A program made the position numbers and the translations under genes. A stretch of DNA of 64,000 nucleotides from Escherichia coli (GTDB lineage Bacteria > Pseudomonadota > Gammaproteobacteria > Enterobacterales > Enterobacteriaceae): assembly GCF_009931435.1 (NCBI RefSeq), contig NZ_CP043414.1; one strand, 5' to 3'. Of this stretch, positions 13,490-24,191 are shown one piece after another (position 1 is the first letter of the stretch; each line of letters begins with the position of its first letter). Below the pieces are notes generated by a model that was not told the DNA's origin, searched no databases, and saw only the letters and a list, made by a program, of their open reading frames with translations.

Positions 13490-14824
13490 ATGCCGCGCTA
13501 TCAGGATATCGCCCGTCAGTTAAAAACGGCTATTGAGCAAGGGGAACTGAAACCCGGCGCAAGGCTACCTTCAAGTCGTACCTGGTCGCAGGAACTGGGG
13601 GTGTCTCGATCCACTGTCGAAAATGCGTATGCTGAGCTGGTGGCGCAAGGATGGCTGATCAGGCGGGGACAGGCTGGCACATTTGTCAGTGAGCAGATAT
13701 ATCCGCAACAATCTACTGTACAAGTTGTGTCTTTTGCCGGTGAAAGTCAGCAACCGTTGCCATTTCAAATGGGATTACCCGCACTCGATCTCTTTCCGCG
13801 AGAGCTGTGGGCGCGGGTGATGGGGCGTCGCCTTCGTACCCAGACGCGCTTTGATTTGGCGTTAGGCGATGTCTGCGGTGAGGCGGCGTTGCGTGAGGCA
13901 ATAGTTGATTACTTACGCGTTTCACGTGGGATTGATTGTCAGCCAGAGCAGGTCTTTATCACTCACGGTTATGCGGCCTCAATGGCTTTAATTCTGCACG
14001 CGCTGGCGAAACCGGGAAACGGGATGTGGATGGAAGATCCCGGCTTTCCACTGATTCGCCCGATTGTCACTCGCCACGGTGTGGAAATTTTGCCTGTGCC
14101 GGTTGATGACAACGGACTGGATATCACAAGCGGAATACAAAATTATCCTGATGCGTGTTTTGCCCTGATAACACCAGCACACCAAAGCCCGCTGGGTGTG
14201 GCGCTCTCTTTAGCGCGCAGGCATCAGATACTGGAATGGGCAGAGCGTAGTCAGGCATGGATTATTGAAGATGATTATGACAGTGAGTTTCGCTATCACG
14301 GTAAGCCGTTACCGGCGTTAAAAAGTCTCGATGCACCGCAGCGGGTAATTTATGCCGGAACATTCAGCAAAGCACTATTTCCTGCATTGCGCTGTGCGTG
14401 GCTGGTGGTGCCGGTGAAGCAAATTGCACAATTCCGCCACCAGGCGTCACTGGCTCCATGTGCGGTACCTGTTCTATGGCAGAACACACTGGCAGACTTT
14501 CTTCGCGAGGGGCATTTCTGGCGGCATCTGAAGAAAATGCGTCAGCATTATGCTCAACGTCGGCAATGGATTGAGCAAGCGTTGACGCAGCAGGGATTTC
14601 AGGTTGTGCCGCAGAAAGGTGGTATCCAGATGGTGATCAGAATGATGGGCGATGATATTGCCCATGCGCGTAAAGCCAATGCTGCAGGCCTTGCGGTGCA
14701 GGCACTTAGCGACTGGCGTATCCGCTCAAGTGGGGAAGGTGGATTACTTCTCTCGTTTACCAATATCGTTAACGAAGGTATGGCGCGACAGGTAGCACAA
14801 CAATTACGTAAAGCCTTAAGCTAA
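13490..14824 (+). CDS. MocR-type (GntR HTH plus aminotransferase-like domain) transcriptional regulator
   Basis: 444 aa; N-terminal GntR-like HTH (SRTWSQELGVSRSTVENAYAEL), large C-terminal PLP-enzyme-like domain; divergent from the CMD gene. Confidence 0.75.
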   Translation: MPRYQDIARQLKTAIEQGELKPGARLPSSRTWSQELGVSRSTVENAYAELVAQGWLIRRGQAGTFVSEQIYPQQSTVQVVSFAGESQQPLPFQMGLPALDLFPRELWARVMGRRLRTQTRFDLALGDVCGEAALREAIVDYLRVSRGIDCQPEQVFITHGYAASMALILHALAKPGNGMWMEDPGFPLIRPIVTRHGVEILPVPVDDNGLDITSGIQNYPDACFALITPAHQSPLGVALSLARRHQILEWAERSQAWIIEDDYDSEFRYHGKPLPALKSLDAPQRVIYAGTFSKALFPALRCAWLVVPVKQIAQFRHQASLAPCAVPVLWQNTLADFLREGHFWRHLKKMRQHYAQRRQWIEQALTQQGFQVVPQKGGIQMVIRMMGDDIAHARKANAAGLAVQALSDWRIRSSGEGGLLLSFTNIVNEGMARQVAQQLRKALS

Positions 14825-14879
14825 AAAACCCCGAAATCAGGTTCCGGGGTCAAGACGCGTATTTATTATCATTGTTGCA

Positions 14880-15209
14880 CTACGATTTGCGCATGCTTAA
14901 CAGTGCGCCGATAAAAATACCAACCGCAGCTGCTGTACCCACGCTACACCAGGGTCTTTCACGAACAAAAGAATCCGCGCAGCCAACGGCATCGCGCGCG
15001 GCTTGCTGAACGCGAGTACGACCATGCATTCGCGCTCTGGTTTCTTTCAGTAGAGCCTGCGCTTTACTACGAGCGGCTTCGGCTTCCCCTTTGGCGTCGC
15101 TGCCCCAGGACTTCAATACAGATTCGAGGCTGTCAGCTAATTGATTGACATCATTCTGGATATCCTGCACGCCATCATCAACGTCGTTGCGGTTCGGTCG
15201 GTTAAACAT
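14880..15209 (-). CDS. ygaM: ElaB/YqjD-family membrane-anchored protein YgaM
   Basis: ORF 14880..15221; C-terminal TM anchor; start assumed at MFNRPNRND. Confidence 0.8.
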   Translation of the reverse strand: MFNRPNRNDVDDGVQDIQNDVNQLADSLESVLKSWGSDAKGEAEAARSKAQALLKETRARMHGRTRVQQAARDAVGCADSFVRERPWCSVGTAAAVGIFIGALLSMRKS

Positions 15210-15360
15210 ATGATCCCCCATTAGAATTCGATGTAATTTTCAGTGTAGACCATAATTTTCTTAACTGAGGTTCATCGCGGCTTTATGGACTTTTCTGAAA
15301 GCGTTGTGAATGCGCAATCAGGTAAGGTAGGCCCGCGGTTGATAATAACGAGGATCAAAT

Positions 15361-15705
15361 ATGTATTTACGACCAGACGAGGTGGCGCGCGTACTTGAAA
15401 AAGTCGGTTTTACTGTCGATGTGGTAACTCAGAAAGCGTATGGTTACCGCCGTGGGGAAAATTATGTCTATGTTAATCGCGAAGCGCGAATGGGACGTAC
15501 CGCTCTGGTAATTCATCCAACATTAAAAGAACGCAGTTCAACACTGGCTGAACCCGCTTCCGATATTAAAACGTGCGACCATTACCAGCAATTTCCGCTC
15601 TATTTAGCGGGTGAACGTCATGAGCATTACGGTATCCCACATGGCTTTAGTTCGCGTGTTGCGCTTGAACGTTATTTGAATGGTTTATTTGGCGAAGCCA
15701 GTTAA
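15361..15705 (+). CDS. ygaC: Uncharacterized protein YgaC
   Basis: 114 aa, [17 protein letters not shown]... Confidence 0.85.
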
Positions 15706-15741
15706 AGACGCGACTGGCGATGCCAGTCGCGAAAAGAAGGG

Positions 15742-16191
15742 TCAGGCTTTTACCTGCTGGTAACGGCTGACTTTAAACAGTCGGCGGCAATAATCGAGGA
15801 AGTAGCCATAAACCGCCCCCATCAACATCGAAACAACGATGTTTGAACTGACCGCAGCCATAATCTGATGCCAGTCTGCGCCCACCACTAACAAGATCGC
15901 CACATACACCGGTGACTGGAACGTCACATACGCCAGGATATCCGCCAGATTTTTTACCCAGCCCGACGGACTAACTTTGCGTGCCGCGCGCATAAACAGA
16001 TCGCGGTACATACCGTATGGCCATGCAATTAAGATGTTCACCGGAATCGCTACCAATCTGGAATAAAGAGACTGTTCGAAGCTCATTCCGGAGAGGAAAA
16101 CTTCAATACACATGTTCACGACAGAACAGTAAACAACCATCGCGAACGTATCTGCAACTGCATGACGCAAGCGTGACTGCGGTGAGAACAT
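15742..16191 (-). CDS. alaE: L-alanine exporter AlaE
   Basis: 149 aa membrane protein [18 protein letters not shown]... Confidence 0.9.
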   Translation of the reverse strand: MFSPQSRLRHAVADTFAMVVYCSVVNMCIEVFLSGMSFEQSLYSRLVAIPVNILIAWPYGMYRDLFMRAARKVSPSGWVKNLADILAYVTFQSPVYVAILLVVGADWHQIMAAVSSNIVVSMLMGAVYGYFLDYCRRLFKVSRYQQVKA

Positions 16192-16857
16192 GCTAATGCT
16201 CCTTAATAAAAGCGTAATGGGACGTTAATAGAGATGAAAGCAGTGGATCTCATTGCCATCTGCATTTTCGCATAGCGTATATCGCTGGCTATGACTAATC
16301 AATTAGTGAAAAATTTTTATTTAATCTGTTTTTGTAGATAAAATATTCCGTAGCGGCGCGTTTTTTGTACATTGTGGATTTTTACATGCTGATATGATTT
16401 ATTTTTAATTAAATCAATTAGATATGGGCGTATCTTTATTTTCACTAATGAAAGTTTGGGGGTGAGGTAACGCTATAAGCGTAGAGAATTCGGTGTATGC
16501 AGTGACTGGGTCATTTTCAGCATTTTTTATGCCAGACAATGTACATTAACAGCAGAAAGCACCAGTGAGTGATGTTTATTTTTATTCGTATATATTGCAT
16601 TTTTATTCGATTTGGTTTTATCAGGCTTGCGGAATTAGCGAGCAGAGAGCGCCGCTCTGTTCACCAATAACCGAAATTACTCATCAAATTGGCTAATATA
16701 TAATCTTGAAATTATTCTGAGAGTTTCAGAAAATAACAGCTGAAATAATCTCGTGCAGGACTGTAAATAGATTAAATTTTGTGGAAATATAATAAGTGAT
16801 CGCTTACACTACGCGACGAAATACTTTTTGTTTTGGCGTTAAAAGGTTTCCTTTATT

Positions 16858-17262
16858 ATGTCCGTAATGTTACAAAGTCTAAATAACATTCGCACTCTCC
16901 GTGCGATGGCTCGCGAATTCTCCATTGACGTTCTTGAAGAAATGCTCGAAAAATTCAGGGTTGTCACTAAAGAAAGACGTGAAGAAGAAGAACAGCAGCA
17001 GCGTGAACTGGCAGAGCGCCAGGAAAAAATTAGTACCTGGCTGGAGCTGATGAAAGCTGACGGAATTAACCCGGAAGAGTTATTGGGTAATAGCTCTGCT
17101 GCCGCACCACGCGCTGGTAAAAAACGCCAGCCGCGTCCGGCAAAATATAAATTCACCGATGTTAACGGTGAAACTAAAACCTGGACCGGTCAGGGCCGTA
17201 CACCGAAGCCAATCGCTCAGGCGCTGGCAGAAGGTAAATCTCTCGACGATTTCCTGATCTAA
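16858..17262 (+). CDS. stpA: H-NS paralog StpA
   Basis: 134 aa, [21 protein letters not shown]...; long AT-rich upstream region. Confidence 0.95.
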   Translation: MSVMLQSLNNIRTLRAMAREFSIDVLEEMLEKFRVVTKERREEEEQQQRELAERQEKISTWLELMKADGINPEELLGNSSAAAPRAGKKRQPRPAKYKFTDVNGETKTWTGQGRTPKPIAQALAEGKSLDDFLI

Positions 17263-17308
17263 TTACTGAGGCCGGATGTCGCTGCTATGGCGCGTCCGGC
17301 GTCGCTTC

Positions 17309-17833
17309 TCAAGCTTGTTGGTTCCACGGCATCTTATCTAACAACCTTGCCATCCCACAAAAACCGCTAATTCCTGCAAACAGTAACCCGGCACCAACAA
17401 AGCCGCTTAATAAGAAGAAACCGCTATTTACGGTATAACCCAGTACAACACCGATTAATATTAAACCACCCGCGGCGATCTGCACCTGGCGCATTAACGG
17501 CAAGGGTTGAGATTTATTTACCGCTACTGGCAATCCTGCTTTTTTCCAGCCATCAATCCCATCTTCGAGTAAAAAGATTTCTGCGGGTGCGGCAATCGCT
17601 GCTAATTTATCGGCGTTATTACTGGTGCGTTTACCTGCCTGGCAGTGGAAGATAATTTGCTCACGACGTAATTTAGCCGGAAGACCTGACTGTTCGAGCA
17701 CAGATAATGGAGCCAGATCTGCTTCAGGAATATGTTCACGAAGATATTCATCAGCATCACGAATATCGATTAACTTTGCGCCGCGTGCGATTAATTCTTG
17801 TGCATCATGCGGCGAAATGGTTGTCAAAGCCAT
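17309..17833 (-). CDS. ygaP: Membrane-anchored rhodanese YgaP
   Basis: 174 aa, rhodanese active-site region FHCQAGKR plus C-terminal TM helices. Confidence 0.85.
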   Translation of the reverse strand: MALTTISPHDAQELIARGAKLIDIRDADEYLREHIPEADLAPLSVLEQSGLPAKLRREQIIFHCQAGKRTSNNADKLAAIAAPAEIFLLEDGIDGWKKAGLPVAVNKSQPLPLMRQVQIAAGGLILIGVVLGYTVNSGFFLLSGFVGAGLLFAGISGFCGMARLLDKMPWNQQA

Positions 17834-17842
17834 AGTGACTCC

Positions 17843-18142
17843 TTACGGACAATAGACATTTTTCAGGGTGGCGATAATGGCATTTACCGCCTCATTTTTA
17901 ATGGAATATAGAATGCGTTGGGCATCCCGTTGGCTGTCGATAAGCCCTTCGTCTCGCATACGCGCGAGATGCTGTGATGTCGCAGAGGCACTCAATCCGG
18001 TAATGCGCGTCAGCTCTCCCGCGCTGGTACCGGGGGAACCGCTAAGCATGCACAGAATCAGCAACCGTTTGGGGTGGCTCATTGCTTTCAATAAGGCTGC
18101 TGCCTGTTCGGCACTGGCCTGTAATTGCGCGAGTTCAGTCAT
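17843..18142 (-). CDS. ygaV: ArsR-family regulator YgaV
   Basis: 99 aa immediately upstream of ygaP on same strand. Confidence 0.85.
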   Translation of the reverse strand: MTELAQLQASAEQAAALLKAMSHPKRLLILCMLSGSPGTSAGELTRITGLSASATSQHLARMRDEGLIDSQRDAQRILYSIKNEAVNAIIATLKNVYCP

Positions 18143-18324
18143 AGTTATTTAAGTATTTTCTAAATTAAGTAAACTCTAAACTAAAAATACAACATATGCC
18201 AGCATCAGCAGCGTAAATGAGAGTAAAAGCGTAAGCTGAAACTGGCAGGCTCCGCTAAAATTACTACGCTTAAGAGATAAAATCTCTTTTTAAACAATGA
18301 GTAATTTTCTTATAGGGAGTACAT

Positions 18325-18483
18325 ATGGGTTTCTGGAGAATCGTCATCACCATCATTCTGCCGCCGCTCGGCGTGCTGCTCGGTAAAGGGTTCGGTTGGG
18401 CGTTCATTATTAATATTCTGCTGACACTGCTTGGGTATATCCCCGGTTTGATTCACGCGTTCTGGGTGCAAACCCGCGATTAA
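18325..18483 (+). CDS. yqaE: Small membrane protein YqaE (Pmp3/UPF0057 family)
   Basis: 52-codon ORF MGFWRIVITIILPPLGVLLGKGFGWAFIINILLTLLGYIPGLIHAFWVQTRD read directly from sequence; below ORF-track size cutoff. Confidence 0.75.
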   Translation: MGFWRIVITIILPPLGVLLGKGFGWAFIINILLTLLGYIPGLIHAFWVQTRD

Positions 18484-18566
18484 ACCTGTCCTCACCCCCG
18501 CGGCGTTAACGCGCCGCGTTCCTCTGCTACACTTTCTGAGTGTTTCCGTTAACGAATGAGGTAGCT

Positions 18567-19016
18567 ATGGGTCTGTTCAATTTTGTGAAAGATGCTGGAG
18601 AAAAACTCTGGGACGCGGTTACAGGTCAGCACGATAAAGACGATCAGGCGAAGAAGGTGCAGGAGCATTTGAACAAAACCGGTATACCTGATGCCGATAA
18701 AGTGAATATTCAAATTGCCGACGGCAAAGCGACGGTCACTGGTGACGGCTTAAGTCAGGAGGCGAAGGAGAAAATCCTTGTTGCGGTGGGGAATATTTCC
18801 GGTATTGCCAGTGTCGATGATCAGGTGAAAACGGCGACACCAGCCACTGCCAGCCAGTTTTATACCGTTAAGTCTGGCGACACTCTGAGTGCCATTTCCA
18901 AACAGGTCTACGGTAATGCCAATCTGTACAATAAAATCTTCGAAGCGAATAAACCGATGCTAAAAAGCCCGGATAAAATTTACCCGGGGCAAGTGTTGCG
19001 TATTCCTGAAGAGTAG
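18567..19016 (+). CDS. kbp: BON plus LysM domain potassium-binding protein Kbp (YgaU)
   Basis: ORF 18540..19016; start trimmed to [15 protein letters not shown]. Confidence 0.85.
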
Positions 19017-19679
19017 TTAATTGCCAGCCATTGCTTGCTGGATAATGGGAATTGGCGTCAGTAAATGCTGGCGCATTAACTCACTGGCGCGCGCGGTATC
19101 TCGCGCCAGTACCGCCGCAGTCAGGGTCTGGTGCTGATCGCGTTTATCCTCCAGCATTTCCACCGAAAGCACTGTTCGCCGCAGCCAGATAAATCGATAG
19201 CGCGCCGCCAGATCAAACAACCGTTCACGCATTTGCAGCAAATAGTGAGAACCACAGCCCGCCACAATTGCCGTATGAAACGCCTGATGACGCAGATCCC
19301 ACTCATCAAGCATTTTCTCACTGGCGTCACAGGCCTCCAGCTTACTCAGCAGATGCGCTTTTGCGAGAACGTCTGCCTCCCATTCATCGCCACCGCGGGC
19401 AATCGCCAGACTGACCAGCATCGCTTCCATATTGGCGCGGGCGTCGAAAATATCGAGCAGCTCCTGCTCTGACATAGACGCCACCCGATACCCTTTTTGA
19501 TTCACCACCGTGACCAGTCGTTCTGCTACCAGTTGCGAAAGCGCTTCCCGCAACGGCCCAACGCCAAGTGCATAACGCGATGTCAGCAAACTCATCCGTA
19601 ATTTTTCATCCGGTTGAAAATTACCGCGAATAATATCGTTCTTCAGCCAGCGATAGCCATCCAGAGACGTAATGGTCAT
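19017..19679 (-). CDS. csiR: GntR-family repressor CsiR
   Basis: ORF 19017..19697; start trimmed to MTITSLDGYRWL. Confidence 0.85.
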   Translation of the reverse strand: MTITSLDGYRWLKNDIIRGNFQPDEKLRMSLLTSRYALGVGPLREALSQLVAERLVTVVNQKGYRVASMSEQELLDIFDARANMEAMLVSLAIARGGDEWEADVLAKAHLLSKLEACDASEKMLDEWDLRHQAFHTAIVAGCGSHYLLQMRERLFDLAARYRFIWLRRTVLSVEMLEDKRDQHQTLTAAVLARDTARASELMRQHLLTPIPIIQQAMAGN

Positions 19680-19699
19680 GGTGTGACTCCTGATCATTA

Positions 19700-21100
19700 T
19701 TAGCGCGTATTATGAACGGGTGTTTTTTGCCACAATACCAGTTTTTTCCAGCGCGCCATAATCGGCACGGTACAGATTATCCCTATCGCTAATAAACCGG
19801 TGGAGATCACTTCTAACTGTTGCGCCGGGCGGAATAGCATCACTACCAACACAAAGGTAATAAAGCCGATTACCAGCCAGGTGAGCCACGGGTAAAGCCA
19901 CATTCGCAGGCGAATTTCGCTTCCTTCTGCTCGCAGGATTTTGCGCATTCGTAATTGCGAAACGGCGATGACTAAATAAACCAGCAGGGCGATAGCGCCG
20001 GAGCTGTCGATCAGAAATTTAAACACTTTCGCCGGTGCGTAATAGTTAACCACCACCGTTAAAAACGCCGCGCCGGTGGAGAGTAACACCGCCACGTACG
20101 GGGTTTTACTGCGGTTAATTTTGCCCATTACCGCGGGTGCATCACCGCGACGGCTTAAGGAGTAGAGCATCCTTGACGCGGTATACAGCGCCGAGTTCAG
20201 GCAACTGGTTACGGAAAGTAATATCACGCAGTCCATGATTAATTTCGCATGAGGAATATTGAGCAATTCCAGAACCGAGCGATAAGATCCAACGGCTTTC
20301 AGTCCCGGCATATTCCACGGTATTAATGCCACGACGACAAAAATAGAGCACAAATAGAAGATAGAAATACGCCAGATAACCGAGTTGGTGGCGCGGACAA
20401 TATGTTTTCCCGGCGTGTCGGATTCCGCGGCGGCAATGGTGACAATTTCTGCGCCCATAAACGAGAACATGGTGATCAACATCGCGCTTAATACCGCACC
20501 GAAGCCATTGGGCATAAAGCCGCCGCTATCCCACAATCTTGAGATCCCGCTCACTTCGGCATACGGGTAAAAACCGCTAATTGCGACTGCACCAAGGAAT
20601 ATAAATGCCAGAATGGCAATGACTTTGCACAGCGCCAGCCAGAACTCAAATTCGCCGTAGTTTTTAACGCTTAATAAATTACTGCCAGTTAAGGCGAGGG
20701 TAATGACGAGGGAAAACAACCAGATAGGAATGCCTGGAACCCACGAGTGCAGGATCATGGCGGCGATATTGGCTTCCAGCGGGATAACCAGTACCCAAAA
20801 CCACCAGTACAGCCAGCCGATGGTATAACCCGCCCAACGACCAATAGCTTTATCGGCATAGGTGGAAAACGAACCCGTGTCGGGCGTGGCAACCGCCATT
20901 TCCGCCAGCATTCGCATAATCATAACCACCAGTAATCCGGCGAACAGATAGGCCAGTAATACCGCTGGACCCGCTTCGGCGATGGCGACGCTGGAACCGA
21001 CAAACAGACTTGCGCCGATAACACCGGCAATAGACAACATGGTGACGTGGCGTGACTTCAGCCCGCCGCCTAACTCATGTGGTTGCGATGATTGCCCCAT
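19700..21100 (-). CDS. gabP: GABA permease GabP
   Basis: ORF 19700..21163; start trimmed to MGQSSQPHELGGGLKSRH (466 aa). Confidence 0.92.
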   Translation of the reverse strand: MGQSSQPHELGGGLKSRHVTMLSIAGVIGASLFVGSSVAIAEAGPAVLLAYLFAGLLVVMIMRMLAEMAVATPDTGSFSTYADKAIGRWAGYTIGWLYWWFWVLVIPLEANIAAMILHSWVPGIPIWLFSLVITLALTGSNLLSVKNYGEFEFWLALCKVIAILAFIFLGAVAISGFYPYAEVSGISRLWDSGGFMPNGFGAVLSAMLITMFSFMGAEIVTIAAAESDTPGKHIVRATNSVIWRISIFYLCSIFVVVALIPWNMPGLKAVGSYRSVLELLNIPHAKLIMDCVILLSVTSCLNSALYTASRMLYSLSRRGDAPAVMGKINRSKTPYVAVLLSTGAAFLTVVVNYYAPAKVFKFLIDSSGAIALLVYLVIAVSQLRMRKILRAEGSEIRLRMWLYPWLTWLVIGFITFVLVVMLFRPAQQLEVISTGLLAIGIICTVPIMARWKKLVLWQKTPVHNTR

Positions 21101-21184
21101 CCTGAATCCTCTCGAAAGTGTGTCACTTGGGAGAGCGCCCCGACATTTCCCGCGTCGGGTCACGCGTGTAATTGTTATTGGTTC

Positions 21185-21420
21185 TTTTTGCCGGAGAGCG
21201 GCTCCGCCTTATCCGGCCGACATAGATTTATTCCTGTTCACGTACAGATTGTCGGATGCGGCGTAAACGCCTTATCCGACTTGGATTCTCGTAGGCCGGA
21301 CAAGACGCGAAGCGTCGCCTCCGGCATGGTGCGCCGAATGTCGGATGCGGCGTAAACGCCTTATCCGACCTACATTTCCGTAGGCCGGACAAGACGCAAA
21401 GCGTCGCCTCCGGCATGGGT
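21185..21420. repeat. Cluster of REP (BIME) elements between gabP and gabT
   Basis: Repeated tcggatgcggcgtaaacgccttatccgac and gtaggccggacaagacgc units in alternating orientation. Confidence 0.85.
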
Positions 21421-21426
21421 GCGGTG

Positions 21427-22707
21427 CTACTGCTTCGCCTCATCAAAACACTGGCTGATGATCTCCAGACCCTGACGGATCTGAGCATCTTCAATAGTGA
21501 GCGGGACAAGGATGCGCAGCACGTTGTAATACGGGCCGCAGGAGAGAAGAATCAGGCCTTTATCGCGGGCGCGCGCCACGATGTCGGCGGTGAGTTTGGC
21601 GTCCGGTTTACTGTGATCGCCACCTTCAAACAGCTCGATAGCAATCATCGCCCCCAGCCCGCGAACGTCGCCTACCTCAGTGTGTTTTTCGGCGATCGCC
21701 AGCAATCCGTCTTTCAGCTTTTGCCCCAGATCGTTGGCTTTTTGCAGCAGATTTTCCTGTTCAAACACCTTCAACACTTCCAGCGCCGCGACGCAGGCAA
21801 TCGGGTTACCCGCATAAGTGCCGCCTAAGCCGCCCGGAGCGACAGCGTCCATCACTTCGGCGCGCCCGGTGACGCCCGCCAGCGGGAAACCGCCTGCGAT
21901 CGATTTCGCAAAGGTGGTGAGATCAGGTGCCACGCCCATTTGTTCCATCGCAAACAGCGTGCCGGTACGCCCCGCGCCGCTTTGCACTTCATCGGCAATC
22001 AACATGATCCCGTGCTCGTCACACAGCGCACGTAAACGCTGCATAAAGGCTGGCGTCGCGGCGTAGAAACCGCCTTCGCCCTGAACCGGCTCAATCACGA
22101 TGGCGGCGATATCTTCCGGCGCCGCGTCATTTTTAAAAATTCGGTGAATACTTGCGATAGCGTCATCTTCACTGATCCCGTGGAGCGGGCAAGGATAAAG
22201 CGCGCGATAAACATGGCCCGGCATCAGGCCCATCCCAGCAGAGTACGGATTCACCTTGCCAGTCAGCGCCAGCGTATAGTGCGTGCGCCCGTGATACGCG
22301 CCGCTAAAGGCGATGGTGCCGCTACGTTTGGTGGCGGCGCGGGCGATTTTCACCGCGTTTTCCACCGCTTCGGAACCAGTCGTCACCAGCAGCGTTTTTT
22401 TGGCAAAATCGCCTGGCACCTTCTGATTCATAATCTCGCACAGCTCCAGATACGGCTCGTAGGCCAGCACCTGGAAGCAGGTGTGCGACAGTTTTTTCAA
22501 CTGCGCTTCCACCGCCGCAACCACTTTCGGATGCAGGTGCCCGGTATTGAGCACCGCAATCCCGCCCGCGAAATCAAGATACTCACGGCCTTCAACGTCC
22601 CACACCCGGCAGTTTTCCGCGCGGTCAGCGAAAATCGGGTGAATTTGCCCAACGCCACGGGGAATCGCCTGACTGCGGCGTTGCATTAACTCTTTATTGC
22701 TGCTCAT
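21427..22707 (-). CDS. gabT: 4-aminobutyrate aminotransferase GabT
   Basis: 426 aa, MSSNKELMQRRSQAIPRGVG... Confidence 0.92.
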   Translation of the reverse strand: MSSNKELMQRRSQAIPRGVGQIHPIFADRAENCRVWDVEGREYLDFAGGIAVLNTGHLHPKVVAAVEAQLKKLSHTCFQVLAYEPYLELCEIMNQKVPGDFAKKTLLVTTGSEAVENAVKIARAATKRSGTIAFSGAYHGRTHYTLALTGKVNPYSAGMGLMPGHVYRALYPCPLHGISEDDAIASIHRIFKNDAAPEDIAAIVIEPVQGEGGFYAATPAFMQRLRALCDEHGIMLIADEVQSGAGRTGTLFAMEQMGVAPDLTTFAKSIAGGFPLAGVTGRAEVMDAVAPGGLGGTYAGNPIACVAALEVLKVFEQENLLQKANDLGQKLKDGLLAIAEKHTEVGDVRGLGAMIAIELFEGGDHSKPDAKLTADIVARARDKGLILLSCGPYYNVLRILVPLTIEDAQIRQGLEIISQCFDEAKQ

Positions 22708-22720
22708 TCGCGTTCTCCAG

Positions 22721-24169
22721 TTAAAGACCGATGCACATGTATTTGATTTCTAAATAATCTTCGATGCCATACTTCGAACCTTCACGACCCAGCCCCGAGG
22801 CTTTTATGCCGCCGAACGGGGCCACTTCATTGGAAATAATGCCGGTATTGATACCGACGATGCCGTATTCCAGCGCCTCGCCCACGCGGAAGACGCGGCT
22901 TAAATCACGGGCGTAAAAATAGGCGGCAAGGCCAAACTCGGTGTCATTGGCCTGCGCAATCACATCGGTTTCATCTTTAAAGCGGAACAGCGGGGCGAGG
23001 GGGCCGAACGTCTCTTCTTTCGACACTTTGGCGTTGGCCGGAACATCCACCAGAATGGTCGGCTGGAAGAAGTTGCCGCCGCGTTCATGCGCTTTGCCTC
23101 CGCAAACCACGCGCGCGCCTTTCTCCAGCGCATCGGCGATATGCTCTTCCACTTTTGCTACCGCTTTTTCATCGATCAGTGGCCCAATGGTGACGCCTTT
23201 TTCCAGCCCATCACCGATGTGCAGTTTGCTCACCGCCTGCTGCAATTTTTCGGCAAAGCGGTCATACACGCCGTCCTGCACATACAGGCGGTTGGCGCAG
23301 ACGCAGGTTTGCCCGGCGTTACGGAATTTCGAGGCCAGCGCGCCTTCCACGGCTTTATCGAGATCGGCATCGTCAAAGACAATAAACGGTGCGTTGCCGC
23401 CCAGCTCCAGCGACACTTTTTTGATGTCTTTCGCGCACTGTTCCATTAACTGACGGCCAATTTCGGTCGAGCCGGTAAACGACAGCTTGCGCACCAGCGG
23501 ATTGCTGGTCAGTTCGTTACCGACCGCGCCCGCCGAACCGGTGACCACGTTAAATACGCCAGCCGGAATGCCCGCGCGAATCGCCAGCTCTGCCAGCGCC
23601 AGCGCAGAGAACGGCGTCTGACTGGCGGGCTTCAGCACCATCGTGCAGCCTGCCGCCAACGCCGGACCGGCTTTACGGGTAATCATCGCCGCCGGGAAGT
23701 TCCACGGCGTGATAGCGGCGGTAACGCCAATCGGCTGCTTGATAACAATCAGGCGTTTATCGGCCTGATGACCGGGAATGGTGTCGCCATAAATACGCTT
23801 GCCTTCTTCGGCAAACCACTCAATAAAGGAGGCGGCGTAGCTGATTTCGCCTTTCGCTTCAGCCAGCGGTTTACCCTGTTCGAGGGTCATCAGGCGCGCT
23901 AAATCGTCCTGGTGCTCCATCATCAAATTGAACCAGTTACGCAGAATGTTGGCGCGCTCTTTGGCGGTAAGGGCACGCCAGGCGGGCAGGGCGCGGTTGG
24001 CGGCGTCGATAGCGGCGCGGGTTTCATCTGCGCCCATTTTGGGTACGCTACCCAGCTTGTCGCCGTTTGCCGGATTAGTGACCTCGATGACTTCGCCATT
24101 GTTGGCGTCCAGCCACTCCCCGTTAATTAACGCCTGCTGGCGGAATAAGTTACTGTCGTTCAGTTTCAT
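22721..24169 (-). CDS. gabD: Succinate-semialdehyde dehydrogenase GabD
   Basis: 482 aa, MKLNDSNLFRQQALINGEW... Confidence 0.92.
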   Translation of the reverse strand: MKLNDSNLFRQQALINGEWLDANNGEVIEVTNPANGDKLGSVPKMGADETRAAIDAANRALPAWRALTAKERANILRNWFNLMMEHQDDLARLMTLEQGKPLAEAKGEISYAASFIEWFAEEGKRIYGDTIPGHQADKRLIVIKQPIGVTAAITPWNFPAAMITRKAGPALAAGCTMVLKPASQTPFSALALAELAIRAGIPAGVFNVVTGSAGAVGNELTSNPLVRKLSFTGSTEIGRQLMEQCAKDIKKVSLELGGNAPFIVFDDADLDKAVEGALASKFRNAGQTCVCANRLYVQDGVYDRFAEKLQQAVSKLHIGDGLEKGVTIGPLIDEKAVAKVEEHIADALEKGARVVCGGKAHERGGNFFQPTILVDVPANAKVSKEETFGPLAPLFRFKDETDVIAQANDTEFGLAAYFYARDLSRVFRVGEALEYGIVGINTGIISNEVAPFGGIKASGLGREGSKYGIEDYLEIKYMCIGL

Positions 24170-24191
24170 CGCTACATCCTGTTTTCAAAGG

